This document shows, in pieces, positions 44,602 through 54,655 of a stretch of DNA of 64,000 nucleotides. Both the position numbers and the translations under genes were made by a program. Origin of the DNA: Histomonas meleagridis 2922-C6/04-290x (lineage: Eukaryota; Protista; Parabasalia); assembly GCA_020184695.1 (NCBI GenBank), contig JAANOX010000225.1, positions 62,001 through 126,000 of the forward strand, read 5' to 3'. Numbering within the stretch: position 1 is the first letter of the stretch; every line of letters starts with the position of its first letter. Below the pieces are notes generated by a model. It worked only from the letters and a program-made list of their open reading frames with translations. It had not been told where the DNA came from and did not search any database.

Positions 44602-46770
44602 CTATGTTTCTTTCTTCATCGAAGTATGTAACAATGTGTAAAGTTTTAATCCTATTGAAGGCTCAAGCAAGTGCATCAAATCGTCTCTATCCATTTCTGC
44701 CAATTCCCTCAAATTTCTGCACTTTTCGATAATCTTCTCAATGTGGCCGTTAGTCAAGAAGGGAATTGCCGCGAGGAACTTCACCGACTTTGATGCGCCG
44801 TTGCTAGCGTTTTTATCTTCGCTACCCATCGCCATTGCCATTGTTTCATTTGGTTCATTTTTGCCTTGTGCTATTTCCATTAAAGTTCTTGCTGCCTCCA
44901 AATTATTTCTAGCCCAAATAATTTTAATTTCTGGGAATAGCCTTAAGATCATTGCTATTTTTTGCATCACCAATGGATTTTTATCCTTAGCGCTTACCAA
45001 ATTAAATTGTTCAGTTTCGGAAAACTCAATTAATAACATTGGCTTTGGGTAATACATTTTCATTCTTTGCAGTTGTTGAAGTAATCTTCCGCTTCTCAGA
45101 GAGCCTACTAAATCAGTATAAGCCTTACGTTCAATAACAATATCATTAGTTAGAACATAATCTCCAACAGTTATGAGTTCAGGAACAACTTTAAACCCGA
45201 CTTGCAAAAGAGAATTAGGTAAACTTGAACGGAACTCACGATCATCCACAATTATTTTTCGTGTGGAAGGAGGATAAGGCTCAAGTTTAGGAAGCGAAAG
45301 AGTTTTCACATCTTGAATACAACGAACGAATATTTCATTTTCATGTTTTGCGGTATATTTCATTAATTCATATTCGAATGATTCCTTATACGAAAGTAAA
45401 TAAGCTACAACTGACTTATGATGACGAGAATTATATACTTCAAGTCTTCGAAGTGATAACAATGTAATGTCCCAAAAGATGACAAAATCAGGTTGGAACG
45501 TTTCTAATATATTCGCTTGTGAATGAAGTTCTTCTAATAATATCATCGGCGGTTCAATAATGCCAAAAATTGTGGGATCTATGATCGGCTCGTCATCGTT
45601 ATCAACGTTATCTATCGGCACGTCAATGTTTTCGCCGTTGGTCTTCGGGACGAAGCCGTTAAGGAAGTTACATATCATGGAGACCGTTTGGCTGCCTTCA
45701 GCTAATATGAGAATACGTTTATTTTGGGGGAGGTCATTTATGATTTTGATGATCCATTGAAGTTTGGGCGATGGAATATTTTCTTCGGCATAACTTGATG
45801 ATGCTTTATATAGTGGATTGACTTGGGGATACTGTGACCATAATGGTCGATCATAACGCTTTGGAAGATGATCTTGTAGATATTGATGAAATACTGATGG
45901 CTCAAGATGAAGTAAACAGGTAAAGGCATGGCGAAAAAATAGAATACTTTCAAGGACTTTGACCTGCTCATCTGTGACTGCGCGTTGCTCAAGTGTTTTT
46001 TGATGATATATTAAGGATTCAAGAACACCAACTTTAAGTTTCGATCCATACTCATAGATAAATGCCTTGTGGAGGTTGGTTAGAAGATCAAAAACGCGGA
46101 TTAAGAGTGGGGATACAAGAGGTTGAAATTTGTTTTCATTTTCATTCGTAGCATCAGTTGGAGTTGTCTGTTTCAATGAGATTTCAACTGTTTGTACTTC
46201 ATATTGTTGAATAGAGTCGACGACATTTTGTTCGAATCGAGGGAAAAAAAGGATAAATCTGACCCATAAAAGATCCATCGTCTTTCTGAGATCAGAAACT
46301 TCATAACACCTCTCTGTAAAAGCGCGGATGGATCCATCGATTTTGTGTGATTTGTATAATGCTAAACATAATTGTAATCCCGGATCTTTGTGAATAGTAT
46401 GAGCGTTCGCAATAATTATACATTCAATTCGTTGTGGATCAATAGCGCCTTGAAGGAAATCTTTCGCAAGAATTCCTGGGCTGTGAAAAAATGCTATATT
46501 TGACTCATAATGTTGTGATCTTTCTTTTTTGCCTGTGTCTTTCTCTATGTCTTTTGGGAGGAATTCAACGCCCGAATTTGCTGACTCCCATATGATACGC
46601 TGCTTGTCGTTCTCAGAAAGACCAAAAATAAAAACCATTTTATGATTGTGTGAATATTCTATTACAAGCTGCTGTATTAGGATAAAAGAATCAAGGCCAC
46701 GCCCAAGCACATAGAGTCCACTCGGTTTCTTTTTAAAGGAATTCCAGATGTATTGGTGATACTTGAGCAT
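44602..46770 (-). CDS. ERCC4: XPF/ERCC4/Rad1 structure-specific endonuclease
   Basis: IIVDDREFRSSLP...VGDYVL...IERKAYTDLVGSLRSGRL nuclease motif, helicase-like N-terminus, and HhH C-terminus. Confidence 0.93.
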   Translation of the reverse strand: MLKYHQYIWNSFKKKPSGLYVLGRGLDSFILIQQLVIEYSHNHKMVFIFGLSENDKQRIIWESANSGVEFLPKDIEKDTGKKERSQHYESNIAFFHSPGILAKDFLQGAIDPQRIECIIIANAHTIHKDPGLQLCLALYKSHKIDGSIRAFTERCYEVSDLRKTMDLLWVRFILFFPRFEQNVVDSIQQYEVQTVEISLKQTTPTDATNENENKFQPLVSPLLIRVFDLLTNLHKAFIYEYGSKLKVGVLESLIYHQKTLEQRAVTDEQVKVLESILFFRHAFTCLLHLEPSVFHQYLQDHLPKRYDRPLWSQYPQVNPLYKASSSYAEENIPSPKLQWIIKIINDLPQNKRILILAEGSQTVSMICNFLNGFVPKTNGENIDVPIDNVDNDDEPIIDPTIFGIIEPPMILLEELHSQANILETFQPDFVIFWDITLLSLRRLEVYNSRHHKSVVAYLLSYKESFEYELMKYTAKHENEIFVRCIQDVKTLSLPKLEPYPPSTRKIIVDDREFRSSLPNSLLQVGFKVVPELITVGDYVLTNDIVIERKAYTDLVGSLRSGRLLQQLQRMKMYYPKPMLLIEFSETEQFNLVSAKDKNPLVMQKIAMILRLFPEIKIIWARNNLEAARTLMEIAQGKNEPNETMAMAMGSEDKNASNGASKSVKFLAAIPFLTNGHIEKIIEKCRNLRELAEMDRDDLMHLLEPSIGLKLYTLLHTSMKKET

Positions 46771-47088
46771 TTACTACGCCCATGAAATGTTATATGAAAT
46801 TTTAAAAAAGTGACTTATAACGATAGAACTAAACGATTGGCTGAAGTGACTTAACGTTCTCCGATTTTAAAACTAATTTATCTTTCTAACAAATATGTTA
46901 TTCGAGTTTATACATAGAAAATATACTCACAAAATGTATTATATTAAAGAAACAAAATAGTGTAATGAGAAAATGATCTCTTATAAAAAATCGAATTTTT
47001 AATAACATATTCTTTTCTCAATCATTTTCTTCATTATTTTAAGTACATAAACAAACAAAAACATATGCTTTAACCTAGACTCTTTTAA

Positions 47089-47324
47089 CCGGGGGTAATT
47101 GTGCCATATTGCCATTTTCAAAATTAAAACTTCGTCAATTGAGTTGTATATCATTCAGATGTGGCAACAAACTTAGTTAAAACTGAACGATAAGATTAGG
47201 AAATTGTTTGGTTTATTTTTAATAAATAGCACTTTTGTATTTCTAAAAAATTGTGATATGAAAAACGATCGTTGCAATATGGCAAGATATTTTGAAAATG
47301 GCAACATGGTACGATTACCCCCGG
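47089..47324. mobile_element. MITE, ~240 bp with ~36-bp TIRs
   Basis: CCGGGGGTAATTGTGCCATATTGCCATTTTCAAAAT vs ATTTTGAAAATGGCAACATGGTACGATTACCCCCGG. The flanks are TTAA and TCAA, and there is no ORF. Confidence 0.8.
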
Positions 47325-47733
47325 TCAAAAGAGACCAATTTTCTTCAATTCATTATAAATTCTAAGTATTAAGCAAATCGTACAAAAAATTCACCTGGTT
47401 TCCTACCTCTTAAAATTGAGGGATAGGATTTTTCAAACGTTAGACCTTTTAATTTAAATTGAAAAAATTTCTAGCTATTGAATTTTTCAATATTTTTGAA
47501 TGAGAGGCCTGATAAAACCGCCGAATACAGTGTGGTAAAATTCTACATTTGTACCAATATTGGTAAATTTCACCCATAACAGATAACATCTTCCATAACC
47601 TAAAATTTGATTTCAAGTTTTCATGTGAAAAATAGATGAAAAATCATCAGCCCGGGCATTTAAAAATGCCTGAAATAATTAATCATTCAATTTATGCATT
47701 CAAAAATTGTGTAATTTTAACGGTTTATTCCAA

Positions 47734-47738
47734 TCACT
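47734..47738 (+). promoter_or_regulatory. Trichomonad initiator (Inr) TCACT
   Basis: TCACT lies 7 nt upstream of the ATG at 47745. A similar motif precedes 37485. Confidence 0.6.
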
Positions 47739-47744
47739 TTTTTC

Positions 47745-48791
47745 ATGAGCAAAGAAAGAGTTTGCATTGGCGGTGGAGCTGGATTCATTGGATCACATAT
47801 GGCAATGTTCCTTCGTAAGAAGGGGCATTGGGTTCGTTGTGTTGATTGGCACCACAATGAATTCATGAAGCCAGAAGAATTCTGTGATGAATTTCTTCAT
47901 CTTGATCTCAGAACATTTGAAAACTGTCGCAAGGCAACAGAAGGATGTGATTGGGTCTTCAATTTTGCCGCAGATATGGGTGGTATGGGATTCATCCAAT
48001 CCAATAACTCTGTTATTCTTTATAACAACCTTATGATTAGCTCCAACATGCTTGAAGCTTCACGTGTAAATGGTGTCAAGCGTTTCTTTTACTCATCAAG
48101 CGCTTGCGTTTATCCAGAATATAAGCAATTGGAAGTTGATGTACCAGCACTTAAAGAATCTGATGCTTGGCCAGCACAACCACAAGATGCTTATGGTCTT
48201 GAAAAAATTTGCACAGAAGAACTTTGCAAACATTATTACAAAGATTTCGGAATTGAAACCCGCGTTGCTCGTTTCCATAATATTTATGGCCCATGGGGAA
48301 CATGGCGTGGTGGCCGTGAAAAGGCACCAGCCGCTTTCACTCGCAAAGCTATTCTTTCAGATAAAGAATTTGAAATCTGGGGCGATGGTCTTCAAACACG
48401 TTCATTCACATACATAGATGACTGCATCGAAGGAGTTTATAAGCTTTTCATGTCCGATTGGCGCGAACCCATTAATATTGGATCTGATGAAATGATCTCA
48501 ATGAACGATTTCGCTAAGCTCGCAATGAAGATCGAAGGAAAAGATCTTCCACTTAAGCACCTTAAGGGTCCAGAAGGCGTTCGTGGTCGAAATTCTGATA
48601 ATACTCTTATCAAGAAAGTTCTCGGTTGGGCACCACCAACAACACTTGCTGAGGGAATGAAGAAGACACACGATTGGATCAAGCAACAAATCGAAGAAGC
48701 TAAAGCTCGTGGTGAAGATTTATCAGATCTTAAGACATCACATGTCGTCCACTTGGACGCTGTTCAAGAGGTTGGAAAGACTCTTGATTAA
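47745..48791 (+). CDS. GME: GDP-mannose 3',5'-epimerase
   Basis: GGAGFIGSH, ADMGGMGFIQSN, SSACVYPE, DAWPAQPQDAYGLEK and GTWRGGREKAPAAF are GME signature segments. Confidence 0.92.
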   Translation: MSKERVCIGGGAGFIGSHMAMFLRKKGHWVRCVDWHHNEFMKPEEFCDEFLHLDLRTFENCRKATEGCDWVFNFAADMGGMGFIQSNNSVILYNNLMISSNMLEASRVNGVKRFFYSSSACVYPEYKQLEVDVPALKESDAWPAQPQDAYGLEKICTEELCKHYYKDFGIETRVARFHNIYGPWGTWRGGREKAPAAFTRKAILSDKEFEIWGDGLQTRSFTYIDDCIEGVYKLFMSDWREPINIGSDEMISMNDFAKLAMKIEGKDLPLKHLKGPEGVRGRNSDNTLIKKVLGWAPPTTLAEGMKKTHDWIKQQIEEAKARGEDLSDLKTSHVVHLDAVQEVGKTLD

Positions 48792-48942
48792 GCTCATAGC
48801 TTAAAAGCTTTTCTCACAATAAAAAGCTTTTTTGAATTAAATATTAAAAACAACGATAAGAGAACGTTATTAACCGTTGAGTACGACGATAACTTCTGAG
48901 TGACGATAGGGAAAGTTTCTATCGTCAATTATTTTGTGTGAT

Positions 48943-50952
48943 TTACTTTGTACTTTTTGTTTTGCTTATTCTGATTTTATTGTTTAGGCTTTTTGGTATT
49001 GTATCTTCATGTGTTTTCACTTTTGGTTTGAACAAATAATTTGATCTGATTTCATTTCCTTTTAATTCTTTTTGGAGTTTATCTTTTTGTTCTATTAATT
49101 TCATTATTAAATCTTTTGTTGATTCGCATTCTTCAAATTTAATTGTATTATTTTCGTTGAGTTTCGTTTTTATTAATTTGTTATGTTCAGCTTGTTTGTG
49201 TTCAGTATTTTCTTTAATTTCGTTTAGTTCTTTATCAAAATTTTGTGTATTTTCCAAATATTTTTCATTATATAATATTTCGAGTTTTTGTTCCATTTGA
49301 TTCAGATCATTGCAAATATTAGCAAATAACTTTTGCGAACTTTCGCTAACATTTAATTCATTAAATTCTGTTCCTTTTTCTATTTGATTTATATTTTCAT
49401 TTTTTGTTTCGGTTTCATTTTGATTTTGCGGAGTTTCACTCATAATTTGCTTAATAATATTTTGAAGAGAAAAAATATATTTTTCATTTTGTTTTATACC
49501 AACTTCATTAACGTTTTGTTCTTCTTCAAATAGAATTTTTTGTTGTGTATCAATTATTTTTTGTATTTTCTTTTTTCTTTTGTTATTAATATTTTCTATT
49601 TCGTGTTTTAACTTAACTTTATCTTTTTCAAATGTATTTTCCTTATTTATATAATAATTTGAATTAATTTCTTTTCTTTTATCAAATTTTATTATTTCAT
49701 TTTTTAAGTTTTTAATAACGAAAAATTCCAATGTAAACATTTTTTGAAATTCCGATTTATCTTTTCTAAGAATTATTTGAAAATTTGATTTTTGTTCATG
49801 AAACATTTTGTTTAGTTCAATGATTTGCTTTTCATATGTTTCCGATTCTTTAATTGATATATTATATAATTCATTTGAAATATAATTTAATTCAGTTTCA
49901 GTTTCATTAGTATTAACAGAAAGTTGACTTAAAATTGGTTCAAATTCTTTTGTAATTTCATTTAAATATAAATTAATTTGATATTTTGTTTCTGCTTTTT
50001 GATTATTTAATTCATTCTCAAGAAATGCTTCATATTCTTTTTCTTTAATCATTTCCGAAATTGTATTTTTTGTTTGTTCTCTTTCGATTTCATACAATTG
50101 TTTCGTGAGTTCCAAATTTTCTTTAATTAATTTATTGTTATTATTATTAAATTGTTTTTTAGTTTCTGAAATTTTGTTTTCATATATTTGCATTTGCTTT
50201 ATATATTCTTCATTTAAATTATTGAATTCTTCATTAAGTGAATCAAGTTTTGTTTGTAATTGTTGAATGATATTTTGTTGCTCTTCTTGATATGAATCGT
50301 GAATTTCAATTTTTACTTCAGAATTTTGATTTGCAATTTCATTTGATTTTAAAAGTAAAGTTTCACGTTCATTTTGTAGAAGTTGAAGATATTCATTTTG
50401 AAGTTCTGCAATTTCATTTTCTGATTCGAGAATTTTTGATTTAAATTCTGATTTATCATTTGATTGATTTAAATTTAGTGAATTATGTGTTTGTAGTTGA
50501 TGAATAAAATTGTCATTGATTTGATTTAATTGTTCATTATGTTTATTTTGTAGATTTGTTAAAATTTCTTGGAAGATTTGATCAGCTTGATCAAGTGCTA
50601 ATTTCATTTTGTTTTCATTTTGATTAATAAGTGTTTGCATGTCTTCAATTTTCTTTGATAAAATATTTTTCTCTTTATCCATTTTTTGAATAAATTGATC
50701 TTCAAATTGAGAAAATTTAGATTTAAATTCATCAAAATTTGACTCACTAATTTGATTTATTTCCAACTTATTTTTAGATGCTATTATTGAATCTAAAATA
50801 TTTTTAGATATTTTATAAATATCATAAATATCTTTATCATAAGAATTTGACGTCGGTGAAAACAATTCCATAACATGTTTCATTTCATATACAATATTTT
50901 TAAGTATTTTTATTGAGTCTCTTGTTTGAAAAGAGTCCAAATTTGTTATCAT
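48943..50952 (-). CDS. Coiled-coil protein
   Basis: 669-aa E/K/Q/N-rich ORF. Confidence 0.75.
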   Translation of the reverse strand: MITNLDSFQTRDSIKILKNIVYEMKHVMELFSPTSNSYDKDIYDIYKISKNILDSIIASKNKLEINQISESNFDEFKSKFSQFEDQFIQKMDKEKNILSKKIEDMQTLINQNENKMKLALDQADQIFQEILTNLQNKHNEQLNQINDNFIHQLQTHNSLNLNQSNDKSEFKSKILESENEIAELQNEYLQLLQNERETLLLKSNEIANQNSEVKIEIHDSYQEEQQNIIQQLQTKLDSLNEEFNNLNEEYIKQMQIYENKISETKKQFNNNNNKLIKENLELTKQLYEIEREQTKNTISEMIKEKEYEAFLENELNNQKAETKYQINLYLNEITKEFEPILSQLSVNTNETETELNYISNELYNISIKESETYEKQIIELNKMFHEQKSNFQIILRKDKSEFQKMFTLEFFVIKNLKNEIIKFDKRKEINSNYYINKENTFEKDKVKLKHEIENINNKRKKKIQKIIDTQQKILFEEEQNVNEVGIKQNEKYIFSLQNIIKQIMSETPQNQNETETKNENINQIEKGTEFNELNVSESSQKLFANICNDLNQMEQKLEILYNEKYLENTQNFDKELNEIKENTEHKQAEHNKLIKTKLNENNTIKFEECESTKDLIMKLIEQKDKLQKELKGNEIRSNYLFKPKVKTHEDTIPKSLNNKIRISKTKSTK

Positions 50953-51033
50953 TCCATTCTTGTATATTAATAAACGTGCATCGGAGCACCCCTATTAGCC
51001 GTTCAACCGTTATACCTTTTAGTAAACAATCAG

Positions 51034-52536
51034 ATGTCATATTCTGATGAGTACGATGAATACGAAGAATCCGAATACGAAGAAATTTCCGGAGACTTTG
51101 ATTATATTGCTAACTCGGTTTTAGTTCCAATTAACTTTGCAATTTTAATGAACCCAAACGAAATCAGAGCAAAACACTTTGCAGAAACATTTGTTATCAT
51201 CCGTTCCCGGAAACAAGAAGCAATGGTAAAAGTATTCCCATCTCAAAGCTGTCAACCCGGATATGTTGAAATTCCAAAATTACTTATGCAATCTCTCAAG
51301 CTTTCAGAAGGTCAAGGAGTTTCAATTGAAGCATCTGAGATCCGAATCAAAGCCGATGCCATACAAATTGCCCCATTATTTGATCCAGGAATGACTGATT
51401 ATCAGCAAGATCTTTCAAATTATTTCCGCTCTGATTTTCATGGTGTTAGCTCAGGCATTGGCTTTTCGATATATGTTCGTGGATCCATTCTTAATTTCGT
51501 AGTCCTCAAAACACTTCCAAACACATTTTGTTATACGAACAGCTCAACGCGAATTGTGTTCAATAATCAGCGCATCAACTTCGCATCAATCCCATCACTT
51601 CTTTCAGATCTTGTTTTCAAGCCAGAAGTCGAAGAGCAAATTAAGAAACTTATTCTTTTACCTATAACACATACAAATATATTCGCTTCAACTTGCTTAA
51701 GGTTTTCGAACGGCATTTTGATCACTGGAACACGCTCAACCGGCAAAACCGCCATTTTAACCGCCATCAGCAAGTCGCTGAAACATAACTCATGCATTTT
51801 AGACGCTTTTGAGTTCGCTACGGCGAACTTAAATGATGCATTCGCTAAGCTTCAGAGAGTTTTTGCTTATGCTATTGAATGTTCTCCTTCAGTACTTATG
51901 ATTGACAATTTGAATACTATTCTTAATAACAAAAAGCTTTATATGCTATTCCTTTCATTGCTTGACAGGGCTATTTCACAGTCAAACATTATTGTTGTTG
52001 CAACAATTAACGATTTATCTCAAGTTGATAAATCTATTATTCGTGACGGACGTTTTGCTTTTATAATCGAACTATCACTTCCAACTAAAGTCGAACGGCA
52101 GGTTCTTATTACCAAAAAGCTTCGTGGAATTCGATATTCAGATCGAACAATTGAAATTGTTTCAGATACAAATACCGAAGGAAACACTTGTGCAGAAGTC
52201 ATTGAAATTACAGAGCGAGCAGTATTTAGCATGTTTAACAAGAAACAATTTCCATCTGATCAAGAAATTATTTCACAACTTAACACACAAATTGATGCTT
52301 CTGACTTCCCACGCATTGAACCTAAACCAAATGACTTAAAAGAAGCCAACGGACTAAATGACCTTAGCATAAATGATCTAATGGGTATGAATCAATCAAA
52401 AATTGAATCAGACGCAAATGCTGACGACAAAAGCACTACTGTCTTTGAAGAATTTTTCGATTTTGGCCTAAGTAAGAAAGATGCAGATGAAAATCGTAAT
52501 AATAATAATAATAACGATTTTGCTGATTTCTTTTGA
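51034..52536 (+). CDS. Divergent Cdc48/p97-like AAA protein with a single AAA domain
   Basis: N-domain, Walker A GTRSTGKT, Walker B VLMIDN, and second region of homology IIRDGRF. Confidence 0.8.
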   Translation: MSYSDEYDEYEESEYEEISGDFDYIANSVLVPINFAILMNPNEIRAKHFAETFVIIRSRKQEAMVKVFPSQSCQPGYVEIPKLLMQSLKLSEGQGVSIEASEIRIKADAIQIAPLFDPGMTDYQQDLSNYFRSDFHGVSSGIGFSIYVRGSILNFVVLKTLPNTFCYTNSSTRIVFNNQRINFASIPSLLSDLVFKPEVEEQIKKLILLPITHTNIFASTCLRFSNGILITGTRSTGKTAILTAISKSLKHNSCILDAFEFATANLNDAFAKLQRVFAYAIECSPSVLMIDNLNTILNNKKLYMLFLSLLDRAISQSNIIVVATINDLSQVDKSIIRDGRFAFIIELSLPTKVERQVLITKKLRGIRYSDRTIEIVSDTNTEGNTCAEVIEITERAVFSMFNKKQFPSDQEIISQLNTQIDASDFPRIEPKPNDLKEANGLNDLSINDLMGMNQSKIESDANADDKSTTVFEEFFDFGLSKKDADENRNNNNNNDFADFF

Positions 52537-52735
52537 AATTTGAATTGTTGATCCTTAAACACGTTAATGTTAATGAGTTCTTTAAAAATAAATTAGTTAA
52601 TACTAAAGCATTTGTTATTTGGAAATTTATTAATTTTGGAATTACCCGCAGATTTGCAAATTGCAAACACAACAGTTAATGAAAGGAAGTTGAGCTGCTC
52701 TTCTAAGAACATTTGTACCAAGTATTAAAAAAAAA

Positions 52736-53008
52736 TTAATAATTAAATTGAAAACCATCAAGACTTAAATTTTCCATTAGCAAACTTAGATCGCCTTCGT
52801 TATCGCTTTCATCGTGAGCTTTGTTTTGCTCTTGTTGAACATCACTTTGGCATCCAAAAACACTCCAAAAAAGTGGATATCGCTTTCTAAACTCTTTTTT
52901 GGGATTAATTTCAGGATACTCATCATATGGTACTTCGATTCTTTCGTCAAATCCTTGGAAAGGAAATGGAATTCCCATATCCGCAAAAATGTTTCTTTCT
53001 TCTTCCAT
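52736..53008 (-). CDS. Small hypothetical protein
   Basis: 90-aa ORF with sense-like composition. Confidence 0.45.
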   Translation of the reverse strand: MEEERNIFADMGIPFPFQGFDERIEVPYDEYPEINPKKEFRKRYPLFWSVFGCQSDVQQEQNKAHDESDNEGDLSLLMENLSLDGFQFNY

Positions 53009-53274
53009 GGAAAAGTGACTTGCCTTTCACAAAAGTGTGAAGTCCACTTTTTGATTAATCTCAAAGAATATTTCAAATGAACAAAAATGATATTTGAATT
53101 GTTTATTTGGGCCCAAATGAGTAACTTATTCATTATGTAGCATATAACAAGATAAAAATTCGATCCTTTTTGCTTTTGTTTGTATTTTGGGGTTGTTTGG
53201 TTTACCTTAGTTTTGCATAATTTAATTTTGTGGTGCAATGTTTCAGCTCAAAAAATTATTCTTTTTAAAACACT

Positions 53275-54102
53275 TTATTCATCATTTTCTTGTTCACTCG
53301 ATTGTTTTGGCTCTGAAACTTGTTCGCTATCATCCCTCACAACCTTTGATTGCTCGTGAGCTCTCATCACTTTATTTTGGAAATCTGCTATTAGCTTCGC
53401 TTCCATCGAAGATTCAGATATTGAGAACAGTTCTGATAGTTCACCTCTTGCGACTTCCTGATCACCAATCATTTGATCTGTTTTCTGTATTGCCAATTCC
53501 ATAAAATCGTTCACATCTTTTCTCATCGATGTGTGAGATAAATTTTGGGCATTCTGACCCAGAACAGAAAGATCTATGGCTTGATGCATCATTGTAGTCA
53601 TATTTGTAAATGAAACATTATCTGATTCATTTTTGATAACCCAATGTGCTATGTTTCGGAGCTCAAGAAGAGTCACATCGTGGCTAATAGGGAGTTTGTG
53701 AGCAGCGCAAAATTGTAAAATTTGATTTAATGTTGTACTATCAAGATTTGAGAGTTTAGTAAGATTACATGCTTCTTTAATATCAAGCTCAGTTATAAAT
53801 CCAAATGAATTTTCATTAATTCTTCCTGAATTAAGAAGTTCGGATATTCGTTTTTCAGGGAATGATAGAAAATGCATGGTGGAATCATAGTCTCCAATCG
53901 CAAATAGGTACAGTTGGCATAGCGTTTTATATCCTAGTTGTTCTTCAATTATACTTGAAGAAAAAGAATTATATAATAAAAAGTCTCTGGCTTCTTCTAA
54001 TGTATTTGGAAAACCACTAAAATGTTCATCCGCAGGATCTCTTGATAAAAATGTCATAGGGTAATCTTGAAAAAAAGATTCTATTTCTTTGTTTACCTTC
54101 AT
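53275..54102 (-). CDS. Hypothetical protein
   Basis: 275-aa ORF. Confidence 0.7.
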   Translation of the reverse strand: MKVNKEIESFFQDYPMTFLSRDPADEHFSGFPNTLEEARDFLLYNSFSSSIIEEQLGYKTLCQLYLFAIGDYDSTMHFLSFPEKRISELLNSGRINENSFGFITELDIKEACNLTKLSNLDSTTLNQILQFCAAHKLPISHDVTLLELRNIAHWVIKNESDNVSFTNMTTMMHQAIDLSVLGQNAQNLSHTSMRKDVNDFMELAIQKTDQMIGDQEVARGELSELFSISESSMEAKLIADFQNKVMRAHEQSKVVRDDSEQVSEPKQSSEQENDE

Positions 54103-54655
54103 TGATGAAGGGTAATGTTTGGGTGCACCCAGAAAAAACGGTTATTTGGATTATTTCATTTTTTATATTGCTTGAAAACACACACAGTCTTAAATTTATG
54201 TCTCTTACATGTACCTTTCAACTATCAATATACTAATACTACTTGTTCTTAAATATAAATGAATTTAATTGGAAATAAAGAGGTTTTATTTTAAAGCTCA
54301 TGTAGTCCAAATCATCTATAAAAATAAAAAAAAACGTAATATTTAAAATTAAAAAGATCAATGCTACTACTTATATAAAAATTAGTTGTTAATTTCATAT
54401 TCCAGTTATTCTTCACATGTGCTTTGATGAAAGTTAATCATATTATTTAATAAAAAGCTTGAAAATTTTATTACAAAATATATGAATGAATTTCATTCAG
54501 CAAAATTTAATTTATAAATCATGTTTTGCTTGTATCTTTTAACTTATGAAGAGTGCAAAAAATGAATCAAAATTATACAAATAATATATAGTTTATGAAA
54601 TAATTGAATTGAAACATAAAAAAAATTTTATGATTCTTTAACTTTTCATTTTATC

